Source: Candidatus Parcubacteria bacterium
Lineage (GTDB): Bacteria; Patescibacteriota; Minisyncoccia; Phycocordibacterales; JAKAEA01
Assembly (NCBI GenBank): GCA_019661945.1
Contig: JAIFWI010000003.1
Location: forward strand, 1,126 to 65,125
Reading direction: 5' to 3'
Length of the DNA stretch: 64,000 nucleotides
Shown: in pieces, positions 37,516 to 47,105 of the stretch
Layout of the letters: each line of letters starts with the position of its first letter
Position numbering within the stretch: the first letter of the stretch is position 1
Notes under the pieces: model-generated
The model's input: only the letters and a program-made list of their open reading frames with translations
Database searches by the model: none
What the model was told of the DNA's origin: nothing
Position numbers and translations under genes: made by a program

Positions 37516-38796
37516 TTATTTTTGATTAAAACGGTATCTTATCACATAATCGCAAACTGTCTCGTCTGGGTTAATTTTATAATCATAATTCTGAATATCT
37601 GTTTCAACGTTAAATTCTGCAGCATTTTTAATATAATCTTGACTCGTGCCTTGGCGCAGAAAATCAATGTGGACGATATATTTACCTCGGGTTAAATTAA
37701 GGACATCAGTCTCACAAATAATTTCACCTTCAGGCTTCAATGTTTCTCCCCACGTCTTAGCTGTAACATCACTATCGAGACGAAGGACTGTCTGTTGTGA
37801 GTGTGCACTGTCTACCGTAATAACGATTCGAATATCAGTCAGAGGTTCGTTGAAATTGCTGCCGTACTTCATGGCGATTCTCAATGTATCATCACTTTTA
37901 ATCACCGCTGATCCTTTTATATTAGATACTTTAATATCAGTAAATCTAATTTCACCGACATTTCGCTTGGTATTAAGCTCGATACTTGTGGCAGACACAT
38001 TGGCCGAATCAGATTTATTATGCAGGTATTGCTCGACAACTTCCTTGGTATTTCCCATGGCTTTGATTTTTCCGCCTTCCAGTAAAATTGTCCTGGTACA
38101 AAGTTTCTGTACTGTAATTAAATTATGGCTGACAAAGAGTACCGTCCGGCCCTCATTCTTTGTGACCTGCTCCATTTTACCCAAACATTTTTTCTGAAAT
38201 TCTGCATCTCCTACGGCTAGCACTTCATCGACAATGAGAATATCAGGCTCCATGTGAGCAGCTACAGAAAAAGCCAGCCGGACATACATACCAGAAGAAT
38301 AATATTTAACCGGAGTATCAAGGAATTTTTCCACACCGGAAAATTCTACGATGGCATCAAATTTCTGAGCCATCTCTCTTCGAGTCATCCCAAGAATGGC
38401 CCCATTCAAAAATATATTTTCACGGCCTGTAAGTTCAGGGTGAAAGCCTGTGCCGACTTCAAGCAGACTACCGACTCGGCCATAAATTTTCACTTCACCA
38501 GTTGCCGGCGGTGTAATCTGTGAAAGAATTTTAAGGAGGGTTGATTTACCAGCGCCGTTTAAGCCAATGATACCAAGCATCTCACCCTTATTAACAGTAA
38601 AGTTTACGTCCTTAAGTGCCCAAAATTCTTCTTTTGTTTGGATGCCGGCTATTTCTTTGGCTCTGTTCTTAATAAAAGCGAATGGGCTTTTGAAGACATT
38701 GGTAATTACATCTCGAAGGGCGATATAACCTCCTCGCTGATGGTTTATATCATATTTCTTCCCGAGATTCTTTACTTCAATAACTGGTTTTTCCAT
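37516..38796 (-). CDS. wzt: ABC transporter ATP-binding protein Wzt-like with C-terminal extension (polysaccharide export)
   Basis: Walker A GLNGAGKSTLLK, ABC signature LSGGM-like (YSSGM) and a Walker B motif. A ~170-aa C-terminal domain is typical of Wzt. Confidence 0.8.
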   Translation of the reverse strand: MEKPVIEVKNLGKKYDINHQRGGYIALRDVITNVFKSPFAFIKNRAKEIAGIQTKEEFWALKDVNFTVNKGEMLGIIGLNGAGKSTLLKILSQITPPATGEVKIYGRVGSLLEVGTGFHPELTGRENIFLNGAILGMTRREMAQKFDAIVEFSGVEKFLDTPVKYYSSGMYVRLAFSVAAHMEPDILIVDEVLAVGDAEFQKKCLGKMEQVTKNEGRTVLFVSHNLITVQKLCTRTILLEGGKIKAMGNTKEVVEQYLHNKSDSANVSATSIELNTKRNVGEIRFTDIKVSNIKGSAVIKSDDTLRIAMKYGSNFNEPLTDIRIVITVDSAHSQQTVLRLDSDVTAKTWGETLKPEGEIICETDVLNLTRGKYIVHIDFLRQGTSQDYIKNAAEFNVETDIQNYDYKINPDETVCDYVIRYRFNQK

Positions 38797-38802
38797 ATAT
38801 GG

Positions 38803-39645
38803 TTATACAATATCAGCAAAATATCTCTCAACTTTCTTAAATACATATACTCCTATACACAACAATATGAGGCAGGCCGCAAAAGAAATGCCGATTAATC
38901 CCCAATTAATTTCGGTTGTGCCAAGAAGTGTCGCTCGGGCGCTTTGAATAACACCGGTCATGGGATTAAGGGCAAGGAGCCATGAGTATTTCTGAGCAAT
39001 ACTTGCCGGATAGATGACAGGAGTTACGAAAAGGAGCATCTGAATAAAAAATGGCAGGACATAGCGTACATCACGATATTTCACATTTATAGCAGCTAAA
39101 ACCAGTCCCAATCCAACCGAAGCCATAAATGAAATAATGAGGACAAGGGGTATAACAATAATGCTTTCAAGTTTTGGTACAAATCCATAATAGAGCATCA
39201 GGACTACTAAAATACTTGCGGCAATAAAAAAATCTACAAGTTTTGTCAAAACAGACGATAGGGGGAGAATCAGTCTAGGAAAATAGACCTTTGTAATGAT
39301 TGATTGGTTTGCGATTAAACAGTTGCTGGTGTCACCTAGGGCAGATGAAAAAAATTGCCAAAAGAGTAAGCCTGAATAGACGAAGATCGGGTAAGGCACA
39401 TTGTCTGAGGGAATGCTCGCGAGCTTACTGAAGAAAACAGTAAAAATAACCATTGTCGCCAGAGGTTGAAATATGGCCCAGGCTACTCCAACAATTGTTT
39501 GCTTGTAGCGGACCTTGAGGTCTCTCCAGGTAAAAAAGTAGAGGAGTTCTTTATATCTCCATAGTTCAGTTATATCTCTCAATGAAAAAAGTTTCTTGGG
39601 TCTGATTATTGTTAGAGTTTGGCTTTCAGTCATGGGGTGTTTCAT
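38803..39645 (-). CDS. wzm: ABC-2 type transporter permease Wzm-like
   Basis: Six-TM ABC-2 permease pattern. It is adjacent to wzt. Confidence 0.8.
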   Translation of the reverse strand: MKHPMTESQTLTIIRPKKLFSLRDITELWRYKELLYFFTWRDLKVRYKQTIVGVAWAIFQPLATMVIFTVFFSKLASIPSDNVPYPIFVYSGLLFWQFFSSALGDTSNCLIANQSIITKVYFPRLILPLSSVLTKLVDFFIAASILVVLMLYYGFVPKLESIIVIPLVLIISFMASVGLGLVLAAINVKYRDVRYVLPFFIQMLLFVTPVIYPASIAQKYSWLLALNPMTGVIQSARATLLGTTEINWGLIGISFAACLILLCIGVYVFKKVERYFADIV

Positions 39646-39669
39646 TCACAGTAGCAGGGGTGTCACAAG

Positions 39670-39697
39670 TTGTCAAAAATATGCTACTCTATATACA
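39670..39697 (+). promoter_or_regulatory. candidate promoter (TTGTCA ... TATACA) in the divergent intergenic region
   Basis: Hexamers lie upstream of the ATG at 39713. Spacer assignment is ambiguous. Confidence 0.3.
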
Positions 39698-39712
39698 TTA
39701 TTTAATATTTAT

Positions 39713-41959
39713 ATGATGAGAACTTTACAAACATATCTCAAATATATCGTACTTACCGGTATATTTATTATTCCTTTTATCCATCTGATTGTTGCTAACT
39801 CTTATTTCTTTCCTTTTATTACAGGCAAGGGATTTGCCTTCAGGATTATTGTCGAAATTATTTTTGGAGCCTGGGCAATTCTAGCCTTAACGCATCCCCA
39901 CTATCGTCCTAAAAAATCCTGGATTATGTGGAGTATACTGGCTTTTATTGCCATTATTACTTTGGCTGATATCTTCGGCGCAAATCCATATAAAAGTATC
40001 TGGTCAAATTATGAGCGAATGGAAGGTTTGATTACCCTTCTTCATCTCGGTGCCTATTTTGTTATTGCGGCGACCGTTCTCTCAACCGAGCGATTATGGA
40101 ATTGGTTCTGGAACACCTCACTCGCAGCGAGTGTCATTATCATTTTCTATAGTTTTTTCCAAATTTTTGGCTTGATCACTATTAATCAAAGTAGTACACG
40201 TCTCGACGCTACATTCGGTAATGCCACATATCTTGCCGTCTATATGCTCTTTCATGTTTTTATTACGGCGTATCTCGTTATTTCAAAGCGCTATTTCCTG
40301 TTTATGCCGCATGTTAATAAACTCAAGAGTAAACTGATTGTGGGCATACCGCTTATTCTTCTGCAGGCTATTATTCTCTACAAGACAGCCACTCGAGGAG
40401 CTATGCTTGGTCTTATTGCCGGAATCTTGTGTGCTTCAGTACTTATAGTTATCTTCGAACGGCGCCGGCCACGATTGAAAAGGGTAGCTCTTGGTTTTAT
40501 CGGTGCTGTTCTTATTGTTATCGTTGGATTTTTGGCCGTTCGCCAAACATCATTTGTTCAGAATAGTCCGGTCCTGGTCCGTTTCGCTTCTATCTCAATT
40601 AATGACAAAACAACAATTTCTCGTTTCATTTTAGCCCGGATGGCCTTTGAGGGTTTCAAAGAGCGTCCAATACTCGGTTGGGGCCAGGAAAATTTCAACT
40701 ATGTCTTTAATAAATATTATGACCCAGGTCTCTATGGTCAGGAGCAATGGTTTGATCGAACTCACAATGTTATTACTGACTGGCTTATTGCCGGGGGTGC
40801 TCTTGGTTTATTGGCATATCTCAGTTTCTACGCTTCACTATTATGGGGTATTTGGCGCAAACACCGAGGAGAAGAGTATTTCACTATTCCTGAGAAGAGT
40901 ATTTTGACCGGACTCTTGCTTGCATATTTCATTCACAATCTTTTTGTGTTCGATAATCTCATCAGTTATATTCTTTTCTTGGGAGTTGCCGCCTATGTCT
41001 ATCGTCGCAGTATTGGTGAAGTAGAAATTCGAGCAGGAGAGCGACCACAGGTAAGTAATCGTTTTATTGCTCCTGTCGCTCTTATTGCGACCATCCTTCT
41101 TATATATACTGTTAATGCCAAACCAATTAAAGCCAATACGGCACTTATTCAAGCCTTGCAGACTCATGTGCCAGTAGATCAAAACAATCAAAGTTTAGTC
41201 TATGGCGGCGATGCTACCAAGAATCTGGAATTCTTCAAGAAAGTCATTGAATATAAGACCCTGGCTACTCCCGAGGCTCGAGAACAGCTTCTAACAGCAG
41301 CTGAGCGGGTAATTACATCCCAGCAGGCTATTACTTCTCGGGATGAATTGGTCCAGTATGCTGTGGGGCAAATGCAAGAGCAGATTAAAGAGACTCCTGA
41401 TGATGCCCGCTATTATGTTCTCTTTGGATCTTTCTTTAATCGTATTGGTCAGCCTCAATTGGCAATTCAGCAATTTACTGAAGCTCAAAAGTTATCTCCG
41501 GGTAAGCAGACGATTTTGTTTGAACTTGCATCAGCGTATGCAAACATGGAGCAATATACAGAAGCAGAGAAGTTCATGAAACAGGCCTTTGATCTTGAGC
41601 CGAATTATGAGCAGGCTCGAATGCTCTATGCTGCGAGCGCAATTTATGCCAAGCATGATGCTTTAGTTACAGAGATTCTAAAACCATTACCTCGAAAAAC
41701 TGTTGTTAATAGTGATCAGCTTATTCAAGCCTATTATCGAACCGGTCAAACTAAGAAAGTGATTGATCTGCTCAAAGAGCGGGTAGCGCTTAGTCCAAAT
41801 GATATCCAGAACCATATTTCTCTGGCGGCAGGCTATCTTCTAATTGAAGATCGAAAGAATGCCGTTGCTGAGCTCAATAAAGCAGCCGAAATTCAGCCGG
41901 CTTTTCGGGCTCAGGCAGATGAGTATATAAAAGAAATCGAAGCTGGCCGAAATCCATAA
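39713..41959 (+). CDS. O-antigen ligase-like (Wzy_C/WaaL-family) polytopic membrane protein with C-terminal TPR repeats
   Basis: It has many TM helices and a ligase-like periplasmic loop region. The last ~300 aa are TPR-like. The chosen start is the internal ATG at 39713, which avoids overlap with the divergent wzm. Confidence 0.7.
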   Translation: MMRTLQTYLKYIVLTGIFIIPFIHLIVANSYFFPFITGKGFAFRIIVEIIFGAWAILALTHPHYRPKKSWIMWSILAFIAIITLADIFGANPYKSIWSNYERMEGLITLLHLGAYFVIAATVLSTERLWNWFWNTSLAASVIIIFYSFFQIFGLITINQSSTRLDATFGNATYLAVYMLFHVFITAYLVISKRYFLFMPHVNKLKSKLIVGIPLILLQAIILYKTATRGAMLGLIAGILCASVLIVIFERRRPRLKRVALGFIGAVLIVIVGFLAVRQTSFVQNSPVLVRFASISINDKTTISRFILARMAFEGFKERPILGWGQENFNYVFNKYYDPGLYGQEQWFDRTHNVITDWLIAGGALGLLAYLSFYASLLWGIWRKHRGEEYFTIPEKSILTGLLLAYFIHNLFVFDNLISYILFLGVAAYVYRRSIGEVEIRAGERPQVSNRFIAPVALIATILLIYTVNAKPIKANTALIQALQTHVPVDQNNQSLVYGGDATKNLEFFKKVIEYKTLATPEAREQLLTAAERVITSQQAITSRDELVQYAVGQMQEQIKETPDDARYYVLFGSFFNRIGQPQLAIQQFTEAQKLSPGKQTILFELASAYANMEQYTEAEKFMKQAFDLEPNYEQARMLYAASAIYAKHDALVTEILKPLPRKTVVNSDQLIQAYYRTGQTKKVIDLLKERVALSPNDIQNHISLAAGYLLIEDRKNAVAELNKAAEIQPAFRAQADEYIKEIEAGRNP

Positions 41960-42078
41960 TCTTGACTCCTTACCAGAATTTGATATAATACATGAGTGAG
42001 TGCCAAAGGTGGCTCTAACAAATGTAAGCGCATTATCCGCCGTAAGGTGGATTTTGTGTTTTTGGACTTCAATACTTA

Positions 42079-42147
42079 TGGACATGACGGGAGTCGAACC
42101 CGCAAGCCTCAATTGGTAAGGTTGAGACTCCTAACCGTAGCATGCCC
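42079..42147 (-). other. tRNA-like element, atypical (9-nt anticodon loop, short D-region)
   Basis: Minus strand: acceptor GGGCATG/CATGTCC (one G-U pair), T-arm GCGGG-TTCGACT-CCCGT, anticodon-like stem CTCAA/TTGAG with loop CCTTACCAA. No canonical D-stem is present. Confidence 0.4.
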
Positions 42148-42294
42148 ATGATATGAAATTACCAATTCATACCAGTCCATAGCTTACCAACTCCAAGATA
42201 AAATTTCGCTCAAAAAAATCTAAAGAAATAATTAGTGTATACAAAAATGCCGGACACGATGCCCGGCAATCTTGAAAGTCTCAACCTTACCAAT
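42112..42294. repeat. 18-bp perfect inverted repeat pair (ATTGGTAAGGTTGAGACT at 42112-42129; AGTCTCAACCTTACCAAT at 42277-42294)
   Basis: Direct comparison. The left copy is the anticodon-arm region of the tRNA-like element. Confidence 0.7.
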
Positions 42295-42455
42295 GCATAT
42301 AGTATATACCTGAAGAAATATAGGTCAAGAAACACGATATTGAACATTTTGACTATATAATGTAGACTAGCTTCAGTTGTCTCTAGGCGTGGTTGATGGC
42401 CGCACTCACTTTTTACATTTGTTATATAGGAGCTCGCCCCATCAACCGCTCGTGG

Positions 42456-43484
42456 ATGCAACCTCAAGAACACATACTACTCAAAGATTTTACGACCTTT
42501 AGAATCGGGGGACCTGCCCGATATTTTGTTGCTGTGAAGAATACTGAAGAACTCAGAGAGGCAATTCAATTTGCCCATTCAAAACAGCTCCCGATATTTG
42601 TTTTAGGCGGAGGATCAAATGTCCTTATTTCCGATAAGGGTTTTCCCGGTCTTGTCATTAAAATAGAAATAAAGGGTATTGAATACAAAGAACGAGAAGG
42701 GGAAGACGTTGAAGTCATTGTTGGAGCGGGAGAGAACTGGGACGATGCTGTCGGGCACATAGTTTCTCGAGGATTATCTGGTCTAGAAAATCTCTCACTT
42801 ATTCCCGGCAGTGTTGGTGCCGCACCCGTTCAAAATATTGGAGCGTACGGCGCCGAAGTGAAAGATACTATTTCTTGGGTGGAAGTTTTTAATACAGAAA
42901 CATATACGCTGGAACAATGTTCAAAAGAACAATGTCAGTTTGATTATCGTGACAGCATATTTAAAAAACCAGAAGGTAAAAAGTATGTTATAACTCGGGT
43001 TGGATTTAAGCTTTCAAAAAAGCCGAATGTAAATATAACCTATAAAGATATTAGCAATTATATTTCTGAACATAAGGTGGAAGATCTTTCGATACAGAAA
43101 ATTCGTGACATTGTTATTGAAATCAGAACAAAAAAGCTGCCGAACTTAAAAGAATACGGCACTGCCGGTTCGTTCTTTAAGAATCCAGTTGTTTTAAAAG
43201 AGCAGTATGATGAACTCGTTAAAAAATATTCCGGTTTACCTGGCTTTACAGGGGCTTCTCATGGAGATGTAAAGATTCCCGCTGCCTGGATACTTGATAC
43301 TCTTTGTAATTTCAAAGGATATCGTGATGGTGATGCTGGTGTTTACAAAAATCAAGCATTAGTATTAGTAAATTTCGGCAGTGCAACGGCTGAAGATATT
43401 TCCTCTCTTTCAGAAAAAATGATTGCCTGTGTCAAAGAAAAAACATCTATTACTCTAGAAAAAGAAGTACAAATAATTTTTTAA
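42456..43484 (+). CDS. murB: UDP-N-acetylenolpyruvoylglucosamine reductase
   Basis: FTTFRIGGPA...LGGGSNVL and the MurB FAD-binding pattern. The chosen start is the internal ATG at 42456 (the frame is open from 42393). Confidence 0.85.
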   Translation: MQPQEHILLKDFTTFRIGGPARYFVAVKNTEELREAIQFAHSKQLPIFVLGGGSNVLISDKGFPGLVIKIEIKGIEYKEREGEDVEVIVGAGENWDDAVGHIVSRGLSGLENLSLIPGSVGAAPVQNIGAYGAEVKDTISWVEVFNTETYTLEQCSKEQCQFDYRDSIFKKPEGKKYVITRVGFKLSKKPNVNITYKDISNYISEHKVEDLSIQKIRDIVIEIRTKKLPNLKEYGTAGSFFKNPVVLKEQYDELVKKYSGLPGFTGASHGDVKIPAAWILDTLCNFKGYRDGDAGVYKNQALVLVNFGSATAEDISSLSEKMIACVKEKTSITLEKEVQIIF

Positions 43485-43577
43485 TGTAGTTTCAAAATAA
43501 ATTTAAAAAAGTTATCCACAAATTTTTTATAAAAATGATTGTGTTAATTTTTTTTGTGTATGATAATTATTAGTAAG

Positions 43578-43633
43578 CTCATTCGTCAATTATTAGGAGG
43601 TCGATAATTGAATGAGTGAAAGTATTTACTCAT
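43578..43633 (+). promoter_or_regulatory. structured 5' leader with two mutually exclusive hairpins around a strong SD (AGGAGG) and a micro-ORF start
   Basis: Hairpin 1: CTCATTC..CAATTAT-[tAGGAGGtcg]-ATAATTG..GAATGAG. Hairpin 2: ATGAGT-GAAAGTATTT-ACTCAT. The two share the ATGAG segment. Confidence 0.35.
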
Positions 43634-43649
43634 AAAACTTGTTACTACT

Positions 43650-43730
43650 ATGGCAAAGAAAAAGAAGGCTACAAAAAAGAAGGCAAAGAAAACAACAAAG
43701 AAGCGCAAGACTGCAAAGCGCCGAAGATAG
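43650..43730 (+). CDS. 26-aa lysine/arginine-rich micro-protein (MAKKKKATKKKAKKTTKKRKTAKRRR)
   Basis: It is the only one of three overlapping frames that stops before the downstream terminator hairpin. It has no Shine-Dalgarno site of its own. Confidence 0.3.
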   Translation: MAKKKKATKKKAKKTTKKRKTAKRRR

Positions 43731-43756
43731 TTTTCTCTCGTTTGAATCACATAAAC

Positions 43757-43800
43757 CCCGCTCGGTATCCGAAATGGTACAGGGCGGGGTTTTGTGTTAT
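43757..43800 (+). terminator. intrinsic terminator (CCCCGC...GCGGGG followed by TTTTGTGTT)
   Basis: GC stem with a T-tract, between the micro-ORF and secA. Confidence 0.5.
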
Positions 43801-43805
43801 CATAG

Positions 43806-46361
43806 GTGCCTATGTTTGGAATGGAAACCATTTTTGGAGATCAAAATTCAAAAACTATAAAAACGCTTGAGCCGATTGTCGAGAAGATTAATGCCTTAGA
43901 AAGCACTATTTCTGCTCTTACTAATGAAGGTTTACGAGATAAGACTACCGAGCTCAAGCAGAAGTTAGATCAAGGATCGACTTTTGATGATATCTTGCCT
44001 GAAGCTTTTGCTTTAGTGCGTGAGGCAGCTAAGCGGACACTTGGGCAGCGTCATTTCAATGTCCAGCTTATTGGCGGTATGATCATGCACCAAAGCGGTA
44101 TTGCCGAAATGAAAACCGGAGAAGGTAAGACCCTGGTAGCAACGTTGCCGGCCTATGTAAATGCCCTAACCGGAAAAGGTGTACACATTGTTACGGTAAA
44201 TGATTATCTCTCACGCCGTGACGCAGTTTGGATGGGACAAATATATTCATTGCTTGGATTAAGTGTTGGTGTTATTAATCACGACACATCGTTTGTGTAT
44301 GATCCGGCTCATAAGGAACTTGATGAGAAACGTGATGAGGTTGCTTCATTTAAGGTAATGTATGACTTTCTGCGTCCATCAACAAGACGTGAAGCTTATA
44401 ATGCCGATATTACCTATGGTACTAACAATGAATTCGGTTTTGATTATCTGCGCGATAATATTGAATACGATATTAATAATCTCCGCCAACGCGAATTTAA
44501 TTACGCTATTGTTGATGAAGTCGATTCAATTTTAATTGACGAAGCCCGCACGCCGCTTATTATTTCTGCTCCAACCGTTGAATCAGAAAACTTATATGTC
44601 ACTTTTGCCAAGATTGCTGACCAACTTCATGAAGGCAAAGATTATGAAGTCGATGAGAAGCTGCGAGCTATCAGCCTGACGGACGATGGTATCTCTAAAG
44701 CCGAGAAAATTCTCGGTGTCGAGAATATCTATACTGATAAAGGCATTAAATATGTTCATCATCTTGAGACTGCGGTGCGCGCCAAGGCACTTTTTAAAAA
44801 AGATAAAGAATATGTCGTTAAAGACGATGAAATTATTATCGTTGATGAGTTTACCGGTCGGATGATGCCAGGCCGACGTTGGTCTGAGGGACTTCATCAA
44901 GCTGTTGAAGCTAAGGAAAGCGTATCAATTCAGAGAGAAACCAGAACCTACGCTTCTATTACCTTCCAAAATTATTTCAGACTCTATAAAAAACTTGCAG
45001 GTATGACTGGTACAGCTTTGACCTCAAAAGAAGAATTTCGAAAGGTCTATGGACTTGAGACCGTATCAGTGCCGACAAATAAACCAATGGCCCGTCTTGA
45101 CCGAAATGATTTTATTTTTCAGACTGAAATGGGGAAATTCAAGGCCGTGGCTCGAAAAGTTAAAGAAGTCTATAAACGGGGTCAGCCAATTCTTGTTGGA
45201 ACGGTTTCAATTGAGAAAAATGAATTGCTCGGCCAATTTCTTCAAAGCGAAGGTGTGCCGCACCATATTTTAAATGCTAAAAACCATGAGAAAGAAGGTG
45301 AAATTATTGCTCAGGCCGGCCGCAAGGGCGCCGTTACTATTGCAACGAACATGGCCGGCCGAGGTGTGGATATTAAACTAGGCGGACCAGATGCGAGCGA
45401 TGCCGAGCGTGAAGAAATTAAAAAAGCCGGTGGTTTATTTGTCCTAGGTACTGAGCGTCATGAGGCACGCAGAATCGATAATCAGCTTCGAGGCCGTTCG
45501 GGACGACAAGGAGATCCGGGTGAAACTCAGTTTTTTGTCTCTATGGAAGATTCATTGATGCGGGTTTTCGCCTCAGATATGATGAAGGGACTTATGGGAC
45601 GCTTGGGAGTTAAAGAAGATGAGCCAATTGAAAATAGAATTATTACCCGAGCGCTCGAATCGGCCCAGACAAAAATTGAAGGATTTCACTTCGATTCTCG
45701 CAAGCATACCCTTGAATACGATGATGTTTTAAATACTCAACGAAAGAGCGTGTATGAACGCCGTCGAAAAGTATTGCTTGGAGAGGGTGAGGCTCTCAAG
45801 CAAATTTTAGAAGAAACACTTACCCTAGAACATGCAGATGAAGAAACAAAAAAGCTTATTGAGGAACGTAAAAAGGTTCTGGGGGAAGCTGAATTTTATA
45901 AAGTTGTACGTCGTTTGCTTTTGCAGACAATAGATACGCACTGGATTGATCATCTTGAACTTATGGAATATGCTCGATCTTCGGTAAATCTTCGAGCTTA
46001 CGGTCAGCGCGATCCCCTTGTGGAGTATAAAAAAGAAGGTTTGAGATTATTTAAAGAAATGCAGGAGAGTATTAATGCTCAGGTATTTTCATTGCTGCCC
46101 ACTATCGGCGCTGGAATGTTTCAAGAAGAAGAGCAGAAGCTCAAAAATGTGCAGCGCCAGGCCGAACTCCTCGGTGGCTCTGAAACAAGTACTGATGCCG
46201 GCGGCGCATCCGGAGTCCAATCTGCTGTAATGGTTTCAAGTGATGGCGAAAAAGTCGGCCGAAATGATAGAATTATCGTAACAAAAGGCAGTGAAGAAAA
46301 AGAAATTAAATTTAAAAAACTCGATCAGCATCTTAAAGACGGCTGGGTGGTAAAGAAATAA
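43806..46361 (+). CDS. secA: preprotein translocase ATPase SecA
   Basis: IFGD...KTL N-terminus, DEAD-like motifs (GEGKTLVATLP, VDEVDSIL) and overall 851-aa SecA architecture. The start is ambiguous among GTG 43806, ATG 43812 and ATG 43821. Confidence 0.9.
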   Translation: MPMFGMETIFGDQNSKTIKTLEPIVEKINALESTISALTNEGLRDKTTELKQKLDQGSTFDDILPEAFALVREAAKRTLGQRHFNVQLIGGMIMHQSGIAEMKTGEGKTLVATLPAYVNALTGKGVHIVTVNDYLSRRDAVWMGQIYSLLGLSVGVINHDTSFVYDPAHKELDEKRDEVASFKVMYDFLRPSTRREAYNADITYGTNNEFGFDYLRDNIEYDINNLRQREFNYAIVDEVDSILIDEARTPLIISAPTVESENLYVTFAKIADQLHEGKDYEVDEKLRAISLTDDGISKAEKILGVENIYTDKGIKYVHHLETAVRAKALFKKDKEYVVKDDEIIIVDEFTGRMMPGRRWSEGLHQAVEAKESVSIQRETRTYASITFQNYFRLYKKLAGMTGTALTSKEEFRKVYGLETVSVPTNKPMARLDRNDFIFQTEMGKFKAVARKVKEVYKRGQPILVGTVSIEKNELLGQFLQSEGVPHHILNAKNHEKEGEIIAQAGRKGAVTIATNMAGRGVDIKLGGPDASDAEREEIKKAGGLFVLGTERHEARRIDNQLRGRSGRQGDPGETQFFVSMEDSLMRVFASDMMKGLMGRLGVKEDEPIENRIITRALESAQTKIEGFHFDSRKHTLEYDDVLNTQRKSVYERRRKVLLGEGEALKQILEETLTLEHADEETKKLIEERKKVLGEAEFYKVVRRLLLQTIDTHWIDHLELMEYARSSVNLRAYGQRDPLVEYKKEGLRLFKEMQESINAQVFSLLPTIGAGMFQEEEQKLKNVQRQAELLGGSETSTDAGGASGVQSAVMVSSDGEKVGRNDRIIVTKGSEEKEIKFKKLDQHLKDGWVVKK

Positions 46362-46366
46362 CTGCC

Positions 46367-46993
46367 ATGAAACATCTAACAGACCTTTTTCATCTCTTGG
46401 AAGTAACCCGGAAGCAACCCCAGTATGGTTATGCTTTGTGGGGCGGAGATATGAGACTTGGTAATCTTGCAGAACATCACTATTTAGTTACTATAATTGC
46501 TTGGCAGCTAGCTTCTGCAGTAAATACAAAAGGTGCGAAAATAGATATTCAGAAAGTCTTGGAATTTTGCCTTATTCATGACCTCGGTGAATTATTTGGA
46601 GGAGATGTAGGAATGCTTTATGCTCGTGCAAATCCTAAGGCTCGTGAATATGCTAAAAAATTTGAAGCTGAAAATCATATATATATCGGAAAGTTTTTTG
46701 GTAATCAACGTAGGCATTTTTTAGAATTATCAGAGGAAATATTAAATGCTGACTCGGATGAATCTCGAATTGCAAAGATTGCAGATTATTTAGAAATCAC
46801 TCACTATAAATTTTTCATGGAGAAATTTACTCAAACGGACATTGATTTAGTAGCTAAAAAGCTTCCAAATATGATTGACGGTATGAAGGATATTCTTGCT
46901 AAGAGAGAATTAAATAAATTTGTCAAGGAATGGCAGAAATCTATGAGCTCTTCAAAATCATATCGAGATACTATCAGTAAGATAATTAGGTAA
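46367..46993 (+). CDS. HD-domain phosphohydrolase (YfbR-like 5'-deoxynucleotidase family)
   Basis: H...HDLGE HD motif over 208 aa. Confidence 0.65.
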   Translation: MKHLTDLFHLLEVTRKQPQYGYALWGGDMRLGNLAEHHYLVTIIAWQLASAVNTKGAKIDIQKVLEFCLIHDLGELFGGDVGMLYARANPKAREYAKKFEAENHIYIGKFFGNQRRHFLELSEEILNADSDESRIAKIADYLEITHYKFFMEKFTQTDIDLVAKKLPNMIDGMKDILAKRELNKFVKEWQKSMSSSKSYRDTISKIIR

Positions 46994-47105
46994 TTGCTCA
47001 TTTTAGCTTCAAATAATAGGGCGAGCTATCTAAGTTGCCTTTTAGACAGTTTTATATAGTATAGGACTAGATTTATAGGGGGATAGTTCTTAACGGAGGA
47101 TCGCT

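Noticed and set aside
39596-39712. 5' extension of the ligase-like gene to 39596
   Set aside because: It would overlap the divergent wzm start by 50 nt. The ATG at 39713 lies after a promoter-like TTGTCA..TATACA.
43616-43870. ORFs 43616-43870 and 43639-43860 (84 and 73 aa)
   Set aside because: Both read through the intrinsic terminator hairpin into the secA start. Their composition is a by-product of the AAG/AAA-rich micro-ORF region.
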